DNA from: Lysobacterales bacterium
Lineage (GTDB): Bacteria > Pseudomonadota > Gammaproteobacteria > Xanthomonadales > SZUA-5
NCBI GenBank assembly: GCA_022844165.1
Contig: JALHMH010000016.1
Location: 1 to 64,000 of the forward strand
Reading direction: 5' to 3'
Length of the DNA: 64,000 nucleotides
Within the stretch, counting starts at the first letter, position 1, and each line of letters begins with the position of its first letter. The notes under the pieces are model-generated. The model made no database searches, was not told the origin of the DNA, and was given only the letters and a program-made list of their open reading frames with translations. Shown here in pieces: positions 1-8,732 of this stretch. A program made the position numbers and the translations under genes.

Positions 1-118
1 CGTTCGGAACGACCAAAATCGAGCTAAAATCACCCCTGACGTTCGAGCCCGTTTGCACCACACGAAGTGGCTCGATTCACCCGCTCATCGGGTGGCTCGA
101 TTCAGGTGCTCAGTGACA
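1..118. mobile_element. Terminus of an IS21-family-like insertion sequence (window begins inside it)
   Basis: GTGGCTCGATTCA occurs twice (67-79, 92-104) and the segment ends ...CAGTGACA at 118. Tandem subterminal repeats with a TG..CA end are typical of IS21 ends. Confidence 0.6.
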
Positions 119-214
119 GTCGAATCGTTGAAGCTGGGTCGGTGCAGTCGTCTATTCGTTCTTTGATTGGGGCTTTTTGGTTGCGCCTGGACATCATGGG
201 TTCCGCCAGTGCTG

Positions 215-599
215 TGCCTATCGTTCAAGCGAAACCCGGTTTCGCGAGCGACGTCGGAGATCGCGTTGCCGAGTTGGATGTTCATCTGCACCAGCGCCGT
301 CTGCATGTGCTGTACGCAGCGCGCTTGATTGCGCAGCAGCATCGAGCGCTGCCGCGTGTAGGCGCGCAACACGCACACCGCTTCGCGCGGCCGATAGGCG
401 CCGCGCAGCAAACCGTAGCTCAGCAGTTGCTGCAACCATTGGCAATCCAGCACATCGCTCTTACGGCCGCTGACGTTCTTGATGTGCCGGGCATTGACCA
501 GCAACACTTCAACGCCGCGCGATTCGAGCAGCTCGAAGAAGGCAATTCAGTACGCCTCGGTTGACTCCATCGCGGGGCGGCTTAACTGAAGCATTGGCT
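215..599 (+). other. Degenerate attC-like site split by the IS110 fragment
   Basis: Left-half-like GCCTA-TCGTTCAAGCGAAACCCG (215-238) and right-half-like GCGGGGCGGCTTAACTGAAGCATTGGC (572-598) resemble Xanthomonadales attC halves. The core GTT is degenerate (ATT). Confidence 0.45.
235..570 (-). pseudogene. IS110-family transposase, N-terminal (DEDD) fragment
   Basis: Translates MESTEAY*IAFFELLESRGVEVLLVNARHIKNVSGRKSDVLDCQWLQQL. The in-frame TGA at 547-549 replaces the conserved Trp; truncated after ...NAISDV. Confidence 0.85.
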
Positions 600-679
600 G
601 TCAGTGCGGGCCTACTTGCTCCTTGCGGTCAGCACTACGGTGTACTACAGTTGGCTACCGATGAGTTGAGAGTCGAGTT

Positions 680-952
680 ATGGGTGTAACGTCTGTGAGG
701 CTTCTGCCTGAGGTTGAAGACGATCTGAAAGCGATGTCCGGACGGCTACAACGCAGTAAGAGTTGGCTGATAAATCAAGCACTTCGTGAGTACATTTCTC
801 GAGAGTCCTTGGGGGAAGAGCGTTGGAAGGAGACGCTTGGCGCGTTGGAGTCGCTCAAGGCCGGAAAGGTCGTGGAAGGCGAGGATGTGCACGCTTGGTT
901 GCGCTCCTGGGGTGGCCCTGACGAGCTGGCTGCGCCGCACTCACGGTCATGA
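680..952 (+). CDS. CopG/ribbon-helix-helix antitoxin
   Basis: MGVTSVRL...LQRSKSWLINQALREY RHH pattern; overlaps the downstream toxin start (ATGA). Confidence 0.85.
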   Translation: MGVTSVRLLPEVEDDLKAMSGRLQRSKSWLINQALREYISRESLGEERWKETLGALESLKAGKVVEGEDVHAWLRSWGGPDELAAPHSRS

Positions 953-1230
953 CGCTGATCTATACGGATGTAGCCCTGGAAGACTTAAAGCGGCTAAGAG
1001 CATTCATTGCGGAAAAGAACCCAGCCGCGGCAAGAAAGGTCGGTGAGGATTTGGCGAAGCGAATCGAGGGCCTTCGCGCATTTCCGAAGATGGGTTGGGG
1101 AGTTGATAAGGCTCCAGATCCGGAGGTGATCCGAGATTTTGCCTTTGGGAATTATGTGGTCCGCTACGCGGTGCACGCTGAGATTATTGCCATCCTTCGT
1201 ATTTGGCATCACCTTGAGAATCGGAGCTGA
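949..1230 (+). CDS. RelE/ParE-family toxin
   Basis: ALEDLKRLRAFIAEKNP...FPKMG...YVVRY...ILRIWH pattern; 93 aa, coupled to the antitoxin. Confidence 0.85.
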   Translation: MTLIYTDVALEDLKRLRAFIAEKNPAAARKVGEDLAKRIEGLRAFPKMGWGVDKAPDPEVIRDFAFGNYVVRYAVHAEIIAILRIWHHLENRS

Positions 1231-1304
1231 CACAGGGGCCGAAGTACGGCATTTTCCAAAGCAATCGTTGCGCGGCTAGAGTGCGGCCTAATTGCTCGTT
1301 AGGT
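1225..1304 (+). other. Degenerate attC-like site
   Basis: GCGGCCTAATTGCTCGTTAGGT ends in a GTTRRRY core (1298-1304) just before the next ORF. Weak inverse core AGCTGAC at the toxin stop. Confidence 0.45.
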
Positions 1305-1312
1305 TAATTTTC

Positions 1313-2053
1313 ATGACATCCCGCGAGGAAAAGTTGAGGCGCCGCGCCATGGCCCAAGCGGCTGAGACCGCCGGAGAAGAAGCGCGCCGTCCTCGATTCG
1401 CCACTCGAGTCGGTATCGACCCATGGTCTGAGGTGCTGCGGGAGCTTGACGGCGTTGTCCTTGAAGTGGTCGAGAGTAGGGCCGAGCGAATCAAGCGATT
1501 CCGGGTTCTTTATCCGGAGGCCTACATGCTGCTCGAGGCGGGCACTATGCTCAAACCTCCGGCAACTGCTGACGAACTTGGAGAAGCCGAGCGGAGACTT
1601 GGGCTGTCGCTAGCTCGGCCCCATCGCGAGTTCTTTCTTACCTCCAACGGGCTAACACTTCCGGCCTACTGCCTGTTCCAGCCTTTGCAGGAGCTGAGGT
1701 CATACCCCGAGGCTGATCCCCTCGGGGCTGAGCTACTTGAATGGTATTTTGAAGAGGTCGATAGCCCGTCCGACTCTGAGTATTTCAGCTACGATGACCC
1801 CGGCACAAACGACGAGATTCGCGCCGAGTACGCGCGGTCTGCCGTTGCGCTCAATGGCGCAGTCCCAGAGTCACACGTTGCGTCGAAGGAGTTCGGATGG
1901 ATCCTCCTCGTTCGAGAGGTACGCTTCGATGATGGCGAGTACGAGATCTGGGAGCACGGCTCCTGGCACAACCGGCGCTACAGAACCTTCGGCGCTTACT
2001 TCGAAAGTGCTCGGCAAGCCATTGTCGAGTCGCTCGATTTGCTGTCGATTTAA
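1313..2053 (+). CDS. SMI1/KNR4 (SUKH) family protein
   Basis: PPATADELGEAERRLGLSLARPHREFFLTSNG motif; start codon uncertain. Confidence 0.75.
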   Translation: MTSREEKLRRRAMAQAAETAGEEARRPRFATRVGIDPWSEVLRELDGVVLEVVESRAERIKRFRVLYPEAYMLLEAGTMLKPPATADELGEAERRLGLSLARPHREFFLTSNGLTLPAYCLFQPLQELRSYPEADPLGAELLEWYFEEVDSPSDSEYFSYDDPGTNDEIRAEYARSAVALNGAVPESHVASKEFGWILLVREVRFDDGEYEIWEHGSWHNRRYRTFGAYFESARQAIVESLDLLSI

Positions 2054-2054
2054 C

Positions 2055-2320
2055 CTTTCAAGAGACACCTGCCAGCTAGCAGATTTTTCTCCCGGTTGCT
2101 GGGCGCGATGCATGAGGTTGCGCATGGCGCGATCTCGTGCTGTTGTTCGACGTAGGCCTGGCCTTGATCGACGCATTGCTCGCCTCTGGTGATCGTGGTG
2201 TAGACCAATCGCGCCAGTTTTTGCGTGCTGGCGGTGACGGCCTTGGCCTTATCCATGCGGTCGCACGACGCCGGAGATTGGCGTCGAAGGCGATTGGCTT
2301 CGGCGTACAGCGACGGCCGC
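2055..2320 (-). pseudogene. IS110-family transposase C-terminal fragment with probable element end
   Basis: RMDKAKAVTASTQKLARLVYTTITRGEQCVDQGQAY, then a frameshift to RDRAMRNLMHRAQQPG; ends GTGTCTCTTGAAAG. Confidence 0.75.
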
Positions 2321-2384
2321 GAGCTTGAGTTCCTAAGCGATCCGATCGGCGCAGTGTTTGGTTTTGCCATGGGGCGGCTGCCGC

Positions 2385-2483
2385 GCGTGCCAGATTGATT
2401 TGCGCGGTGCGCATCTTTTGCCTCTGCTGGCGAGCACGGTGCAGCAATTGGATGACCTGCTGCGATTCGGTCTTGATCGGAAC
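2385..2483 (-). pseudogene. IS110/IS1111-type transposase internal fragment
   Basis: VPIKTESQQVIQLLHRARQQRQKMRTAQINLAR resembles the VPxKxxxQQ...HRxR...RTxxIN segment. Confidence 0.65.
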
Positions 2484-2519
2484 GGCCGAATATCGGCGGC
2501 GCGCAGCGCAACCCGATCG

Positions 2520-2697
2520 AGGCCGGCATGAGCATGCCATGGATGGCCGCTTGCACCAGAATCAGCGGCTTGCGCCCCCACCACTTGCCCAGCCCGGTCA
2601 GCGTCTGGCTTGCACCTGCCTTGCGCTCTTTGTATGCCTCGGCGGACAGACGGGCGATGGGGTATTGCGTTTCGATAAAAGCGGGCATATTGCTCAA
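2520..2697 (-). pseudogene. DUF1156 adenine-methylase-like protein, N-terminal stub
   Basis: FIETQYPIARLSAEAYKERKAGASQTLTGLGKWWGRKPLILV; only ~60 aa remain before the IS fragments. Confidence 0.75.
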
Positions 2698-3095
2698 GGG
2701 GTAGTGACCCAGTTATCGAGCTGTAAGCCCGGCACCTTGGCGAACTCGCGGGTGTTGTTGGTGACCAGCATCGCCTGCTGGCTCAGTGCGTGTGCGGCAA
2801 TCATGGTGTCCAGCGAGCCAATCGGCGTGCCTCGGCGCTCCAGGTCGGCGCGCAAATCGCCATACGCCCACACGGCAGGGGCGTCAAAAGGCAACAAGGT
2901 CAGCGGGGCCAGAAACATTTCCAGCGCCTGCCGGTTGCGCGCCGAGCCACTCTTGGCTACGCCAAATGCCAGTTCTGCGGCCACGACGCTGCTCAGGCCA
3001 ATGTCACCCAAGCGGTACGCTGAAAACCGTGCCAGCACTGCAGGGGGTTTGGCATTGATGATGTGGATGCAGATATTGGTGTCGAGCAGGATCAA
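2694..3095 (-). CDS. vapC: VapC PIN-domain toxin
   Basis: MILLDTNICI...DTMIAAHAL...LVTNNTREF PIN motifs. Confidence 0.95.
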   Translation of the reverse strand: MILLDTNICIHIINAKPPAVLARFSAYRLGDIGLSSVVAAELAFGVAKSGSARNRQALEMFLAPLTLLPFDAPAVWAYGDLRADLERRGTPIGSLDTMIAAHALSQQAMLVTNNTREFAKVPGLQLDNWVTTP

Positions 3096-3325
3096 GTGCT
3101 GATCTCGGCACGGATCTGATCGTCAGGCTGCTCCCGCGCCAGGACAAAGCCCGGCTCAAAGGCGGCCAGCCCCGCTTCAAGCGTTTGCCAGGGGTCATTC
3201 ATCGGTAGCAAGAGCACGCCGTTGCCGAAGTGCATCACAACGACCTCGGTGCCGGTAAACCGGTACTCTTTTGGCAAGCGAACAGCCTGACTTCGGCCCG
3301 ACTGAAAAAGGCGTGCGGTGTCCAT
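3092..3325 (-). CDS. vapB: VapB (AbrB-fold) antitoxin
   Basis: ARLFQSGRSQAVRLPKEYRF; coupled to vapC. Confidence 0.95.
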   Translation of the reverse strand: MDTARLFQSGRSQAVRLPKEYRFTGTEVVVMHFGNGVLLLPMNDPWQTLEAGLAAFEPGFVLAREQPDDQIRAEIST

Positions 3326-3383
3326 GTGAACCTCCGAAAGGAAGGGTGATTACCAATGATAGCTACTTTTTCGGAAGTGCTAG

Positions 3384-3774
3384 CCCGCATATTTCATGAG
3401 GGAACGCGGAAGATCGCGAAGGGTGAGGAGGGCAAGCTTGCGCCGCATGCGGCGCGCCCGCTCGAACGGGCGGCGGCTATGCCGCCGCACCGGACTGAGA
3501 GAGGGCAAGCTTGCATCGCATGCGATGCGCCCTCTCGAACGACTGGCGGCTGCGCCGCCAGGCCGGACCTTTGCGCCGGAATCGAGGCGCGAGAAGAAGG
3601 AATGGTTGTTCCATTGCGACGACGAGCAACGAAGAGTCCGGCGCAAAGAACGAGCGAGGGCCGCGTTAGCGAGGAAATGGCAGTGGACACTCTGTCATTC
3701 CAACCAATTCGAAGATTTCCGCGCCGTTACAACGAAATCAGGCCATTTGCTCGCGACCTTATGAAATATGCGGG
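3384..3774. mobile_element. 391-bp MITE with terminal inverted repeats and CTAG flanks
   Basis: TIR CCCGCATATTTCAT(G/A)AGG at both ends; CTAG at 3380-3383 and 3775-3778; no transposase. Confidence 0.85.
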
Positions 3775-3795
3775 CTAGTCGACGATCAATAGTGC

Positions 3796-3856
3796 GGGCG
3801 CCAGGAATGTCGCCCCTACGTTCGCCGAGTCCTGTAGGGGCGCGATGAATCGCGCC
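3796..3856. repeat. GTAG-type REP pair (divergent)
   Basis: GTAGGGGCGCGATGAATCGCGCC (3834-3856) and an opposite-strand GTAGGGGCGACATTCCTGGCGCCC (3796-3819). Confidence 0.6.
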
Positions 3857-3998
3857 ATCCATCATTTTCCTCGCTGTTTCGCGCCTGCAACATTGCGTGG
3901 GCAGAATGTAAGATATAAACGCGCGATCGGGCTTTGTTGTCTATTCGCGCGCCCATCGTTCAACCAGCCACGCCATCTGCAGCGCCGCATCAATCCAG

Positions 3999-6900
3999 GT
4001 GCGCCTGGACTGCCGAATTGGAGAATTCCTCGTGCGACAACCCACTTCTTTTGCAGTCTGGCAACGCGCTGTTGTTTTCTGCGTGCTCTCCAGTTTGGCA
4101 TGCGGCGCTTCGGCGCAAGTCTCGCTGACAACGCCGGGCGTTGCGCACACCGAGAACTTCAATTCGCTGATCGATACTGGCACGGCGACTTGGACGAACA
4201 ATTCCACCCTCCCGGGCTGGTTCCACGCGAGAACCGGCACTGGCGTTGCCATCGTCGCCAATAACGGGGGCAGCAATGGCGGCAACCTTTACAGCTACGG
4301 CAGCACACCCGATCGCGCACTGGGCTCACTGGGATCGGGCAATGCCTTGGTGGGGAACCTGTTCTGGGGCATCCGGCTGCAGAACAACACCGGCGTCACC
4401 ATCACCGATCTCCAGGTCTCTTACGTAGGCGAGCAGTGGCGCAACAGTGCTGCCGCGGCCCAGGCGGTCTCGTTCTCGTACCTCGTGGGCAGTCCCACCG
4501 TAGCGGGTACGTTGATCGAATTTCAAACGGCAGGCGTTTCTGTTCCGGCCCTCAACTTCACCAGCCCGATCACCGGCGGCTCGGCTGGCGCGCTTGATGG
4601 CAATGCCGCCGCGAACCGGGTGGCCATCAGCACGACGATTACCGGGCTGTCCATCCCGAACGGCACCGAAGTCATGCTGCGCTGGTCCGATCCCGATCAC
4701 AGCGGTGCCGACCACGGCTTGTCGATCGACGATCTGTCCATCACGCCCAACTCCGGCGGCGTGGTCACGCCCAATCTGACGATCAACGACGTGGCCGTCA
4801 CCGAAGGCGACGTTGGCACGACGACCGCTCAGTTCACCGTATCGCTGTCGGCGGCTGCGGGCGCGGGCGGCGTGAGCTTCGATATCGCGACCGCGGATAA
4901 CACCGCCACCGTCGCCGATAACGACTATGTTGCGAACTCTCTCACCGGGCAGACGATCGCGGCCGGCAGTTCAACCTTCACCTTCAATGTCACCGTGAAC
5001 GGCGACACGACGACCGAGCCGAACGAGACGTTCTTCGTCAACATCACCAATGTCACGGGAGCGACGGTTGGCGACGGCCAAGGCATTGGGACGATCAATA
5101 ACGACGATGTCTCGCTGACGCCGATTCACGATATCCAGGGACCTGGCGCATCGTCGCCGATCGTTGGCGCCAGCGTCTTCACCCGAGGCATTGTCACCGG
5201 GCTTCGCAGCAACGGGTATTTCATCCAAACACCCGATAGCGATGTTGATCTCGATCCGCAAACCTCGCAAGGTCTGTTTGTGTTCACATCGAGCGCACCG
5301 CCGCCGGCGGCTGCGGTCGGCAATCTGGTGCAAGTCACTGGCACCGTCGTCGAGTTTGTGCCCAGCACCGATCCGCTGCAGCCGCCATTGACGGAGCTCA
5401 CTGGGCCAACAACGCTGTTGATTTCGTCAGGCAATCCCTTGCCGGCGGCGGTGCCGCTGACAACCAGCTTCCCCAGCCCCAGCGGCGCTTTCGATCAACT
5501 GGAACGCCTTGAAGGTATGCGTGTTTCGGTGGCATCGATGACCGTCGTCGCACCTACCTCCGGTTTCGTCAACGAATCGAATGCCACCGCGACCAGCAAC
5601 GGCGTGTTCTATGGGGTGGTCACCGGCAACGCACGCCCATTCCGCGAGCCCGGCATTCAAGCGCCCGACCCGGCGCCGAGCGGTAGCATTCCGCCGATTC
5701 CGCGCTTCGATGCCAATCCAGAGCTGATCCGCGTCGACAGCGATGCGGCCGGCCAGCCAGCGCTCAATGTCGGCGTCGGTCAGGTGGTCACCGGTGTGGT
5801 CGGGCCGCTCGATTACGGCTCGCGGGCTTACACCGTGCTGCCGACCAGCCCGATGTCGGTTTCGGGATCGTTCTCTGTCGGTACGGTGAGCGCGCCTACC
5901 GCAGGGGAAGTCACCATCGCGTCGTTCAATCTGGAGCGCTTCTTCGACAACGTGAACGACCCGGCCATCGGCGAGCCGGTATTGACCGCCACCGCCTTCA
6001 ACACCCGCCTCAACAAGGCCTCGCTCGCAATCCGCAATCATTTGCGCACGCCCGATATCGTCGGCGTGATTGAAGTCGAGAATCTGAACACCTTGCAGGC
6101 CTTGGCGACGCGCATCAACAGCGATGCAGTGGCAGCGCTGCAGCCGAGTCCGGACTACACGGCCTTCCTGGTTGAGGGCAACGACGTCGGCGGCATCGAC
6201 GTTGGCTTCCTGGTGAAGAACGCGCCCATCGTTGGCGTTACGCCGCGCGTCACAGTAACCTCGGTCACGCAAGAGCTCGACGGAACCTTATTCGTGAATC
6301 CCGACACCAGCAGCGAACTCTTGAACGACCGCCCGCCCCTGAGGCTCAACGCCGTGGTCAATAATCCCGCTGGCCAGAGTTATCCGGTGACCGTGATCGT
6401 CAATCATCTGCGCTCGCTGATCGGCGTCAGCGATACCGGTCCCGGCAGCAATGGCTGGCCCAGCGCTGGCGCGCGAGTTCGCGCCAAACGGCTGGCGCAG
6501 GCCACCGACCTGGCGAACCTCGTGCAGAGCCGGCAGCAAGCCAACATCAACGAGAACATCGTGTTGATCGGCGACTTCAACGCCTTCGAGTTCAACGACG
6601 GCTTTGTCGACTCGATGGGCGTGATTGCCGGGACACCGGCACCGGCCGGACAGAGCGTGCTGAGCGGTACTGACGTGGTCAATCCAGATCTGGATAATTT
6701 GTTCGATTCGCGTCCGTTGAACGATCGTTATTCGTTCGTGTTCTCCGGCAGCGCGCAATCGCTCGATCACGCGCTCGTCAACTCCGCGATCCTGGTGTCG
6801 ACATCGAGCCAACGCATCGAACATGCGCGCCTGAACGCCGATTTCCCGGAGATTTCGCGCAACGACACCAACAGTGGCGCGCGCTTGTCGGATCATGATC

Positions 6901-7334
6901 CGTTGGTGGTTTATCTATCGCCGCTGAACTTCAGCAGCGCCGATGTCAGCGTGACGCTCACCGATACGCCCGATCCGGTTGCCCCCGGCGCGCTGTTGAC
7001 CTATGTAGCCACGCTCCTCAGCAACGGACCAACAAACGCGACGGATGCGAGCATCTCGCTGCCGTTGCCATCCCCCACCGTTCTGGTGTCGGCCAATGCC
7101 GGCAGTGGCGGAAGCTGCAGTGCCGGATCCGTTGTGGTTTGCTCCTGGCCCGGCACCACCGCTGCCAGCACCACGCGCGTCGCAACCATCGTCGTCAGAG
7201 TTCCTGCCACCGCCAGCGGCACGCTCAGCACAACCGTCACCGCGGGCGCCAGCAACGATGGCAACGCCGGCAACAACACCGCCAGCACCACAACTGCCAT
7301 CTCCCGCCGCCGCATCATTCCCCCGGCGGGCTAG
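3999..7334 (+). CDS. Large secreted nuclease (Calx-beta, OB-fold, endonuclease/exonuclease/phosphatase, DUF11-like), ExeM-like
   Basis: Signal-like ...ACGASA/QV; Calx-beta TEGD...GDTTTEPNETF; IHDIQG; SFNLERFFD; GDFNA; LDH; SDHDP. True start may be slightly downstream. Confidence 0.85.
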   Translation: MRLDCRIGEFLVRQPTSFAVWQRAVVFCVLSSLACGASAQVSLTTPGVAHTENFNSLIDTGTATWTNNSTLPGWFHARTGTGVAIVANNGGSNGGNLYSYGSTPDRALGSLGSGNALVGNLFWGIRLQNNTGVTITDLQVSYVGEQWRNSAAAAQAVSFSYLVGSPTVAGTLIEFQTAGVSVPALNFTSPITGGSAGALDGNAAANRVAISTTITGLSIPNGTEVMLRWSDPDHSGADHGLSIDDLSITPNSGGVVTPNLTINDVAVTEGDVGTTTAQFTVSLSAAAGAGGVSFDIATADNTATVADNDYVANSLTGQTIAAGSSTFTFNVTVNGDTTTEPNETFFVNITNVTGATVGDGQGIGTINNDDVSLTPIHDIQGPGASSPIVGASVFTRGIVTGLRSNGYFIQTPDSDVDLDPQTSQGLFVFTSSAPPPAAAVGNLVQVTGTVVEFVPSTDPLQPPLTELTGPTTLLISSGNPLPAAVPLTTSFPSPSGAFDQLERLEGMRVSVASMTVVAPTSGFVNESNATATSNGVFYGVVTGNARPFREPGIQAPDPAPSGSIPPIPRFDANPELIRVDSDAAGQPALNVGVGQVVTGVVGPLDYGSRAYTVLPTSPMSVSGSFSVGTVSAPTAGEVTIASFNLERFFDNVNDPAIGEPVLTATAFNTRLNKASLAIRNHLRTPDIVGVIEVENLNTLQALATRINSDAVAALQPSPDYTAFLVEGNDVGGIDVGFLVKNAPIVGVTPRVTVTSVTQELDGTLFVNPDTSSELLNDRPPLRLNAVVNNPAGQSYPVTVIVNHLRSLIGVSDTGPGSNGWPSAGARVRAKRLAQATDLANLVQSRQQANINENIVLIGDFNAFEFNDGFVDSMGVIAGTPAPAGQSVLSGTDVVNPDLDNLFDSRPLNDRYSFVFSGSAQSLDHALVNSAILVSTSSQRIEHARLNADFPEISRNDTNSGARLSDHDPLVVYLSPLNFSSADVSVTLTDTPDPVAPGALLTYVATLLSNGPTNATDASISLPLPSPTVLVSANAGSGGSCSAGSVVVCSWPGTTAASTTRVATIVVRVPATASGTLSTTVTAGASNDGNAGNNTASTTTAISRRRIIPPAG

Positions 7335-7503
7335 AGTCCTTGACGAAGCAGGATCTGTACAGTTGAGTCAAATTTTCGACCAAAGCGGCTTTGGCTTTGG
7401 TCGCCCCCCTGAGTCATGGGGGTGAGACTCGGCGCTGACAGGCCGCAGGCGTGTGCCGAGTCGAACGCCCGGCGGCTGCGCCGCTGGGCCGGAAATGCGG
7501 CGC
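7331..7503 (+). repeat. ~245-bp structured repeat, copy 1 (right end lost)
   Basis: CTAGAGTCCTTGACG...TTGAGTCAAATTTTC...; the CTAG supplies the nuclease stop codon. Confidence 0.9.
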
Positions 7504-7694
7504 TGAGCTGCGCGGAATGCAGCGCAATCAGCAACTTGCTTACTTAAACGCAAAACCGACGGATTAAGGCCGATGTTAGCGTTGCGCCAGAGCCGTGGCG
7601 GGCGTAGGGCGCTGCCGCGGTGTGCGGATCGGGGTGAGAAAATCCTGGTTGTGCGTACGTCTTAAGGCAAAACTCTGGCGTAGGAACGAACTGG

Positions 7695-8687
7695 ATGCTG
7701 TGGCGAATCTTCGCGACGCTTTGCGGACTGCTTTGTGCGACGGCACACGCGCAAATGCCAACGGTGAGCGGCGTCTCGTACGGAACGATCAACGGGCAAC
7801 CGCTGCGCCTCAATCTATACCTGCCGGCATCACCACAAAACCAGCGCCCTTTAGTGATTTGGATCCATGGCGGCGGTTGGCAAACGGGATCTTACTCGCC
7901 GTTGGCCGGCTACGCGGCGCCGCTGGTGAACCGCGGCATCGCGGTCGCCGCAGTTCAATATCGACTCACCGGGCAAAGCGCAACGTTCGGCGCGGGGAAC
8001 GTCACCTGGCCTGCGCAGATTCACGACATCAAAGGTGCCGTCCGCTTCTTGCGCTCACGCTCAGCGCAGTACGGAATCGATCCTGCGCGCTTTGCGGTGT
8101 GGGGCCAATCGGCTGGGGCGCATTTGGCACTGACCTTGGCGCTTACCAGCGACAGCGCAGCGCTCGAGGGCGTGGTGGGTGGCAACAGTGAGCAATCCAG
8201 CGCGGTGATGGCGGTCGTGAGTTACTACGCGCCAACCGACTTATTCGAACTGGGCCAGGATTTTGCGCTCACGCCGCCGAACCTGCCGCAGGCGGTATCG
8301 GTCGTCGACGGTAGTGGCCAACCGCACGCAATCCTGGTTGGCTTCGGCGCAAGCAGCGAGGGCTTTGGCGTGTTGCGAGCAAATCGCAGCAACCCGGTCG
8401 ACCCCTGGCCCGCCCGGGTAGCGCTGGCGCTCTCGGCAGGTCCGGTCAACCATGCGAGCGCCAACGATCCGGCGGTGTTCCTGGCGCACGGTACAGCCGA
8501 TACCGTGGTGCCGCTCCATCAAGTGCGCCGCATGCGCGATGCGCTTGTTCTTGCGGGTTTGTCGCCCACTATTCGCGAAGTGCAGGGATTCGGCCACAGC
8601 GCTCTCGATGCAGGAACCGATCAGGCCGCACGCGATTGGTTGGTAGCGCGGCTGGTCGATTCGGTTTTCTCCAGTGGCTTCGAGTAG
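7695..8687 (+). CDS. Secreted alpha/beta hydrolase (esterase)
   Basis: Signal peptide; HGGGW; GQSAG; HGTADTVVP; C-terminal DSVFSSGFE. Confidence 0.9.
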   Translation: MLWRIFATLCGLLCATAHAQMPTVSGVSYGTINGQPLRLNLYLPASPQNQRPLVIWIHGGGWQTGSYSPLAGYAAPLVNRGIAVAAVQYRLTGQSATFGAGNVTWPAQIHDIKGAVRFLRSRSAQYGIDPARFAVWGQSAGAHLALTLALTSDSAALEGVVGGNSEQSSAVMAVVSYYAPTDLFELGQDFALTPPNLPQAVSVVDGSGQPHAILVGFGASSEGFGVLRANRSNPVDPWPARVALALSAGPVNHASANDPAVFLAHGTADTVVPLHQVRRMRDALVLAGLSPTIREVQGFGHSALDAGTDQAARDWLVARLVDSVFSSGFE

Positions 8688-8732
8688 TTCGCTTGCGAAC
8701 TCAGGGTATTGGTCGCGGCCGGCATTGGATCC

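Noticed and set aside
2050-2697. 215-aa ORF as a real fusion protein
   Set aside because: Chance in-frame mosaic of a DUF1156 stub and IS110 fragments.
3356-3778. ORFs ending MKYAG on both strands
   Set aside because: Both ends are the MITE's inverted repeats; no protein family signal.
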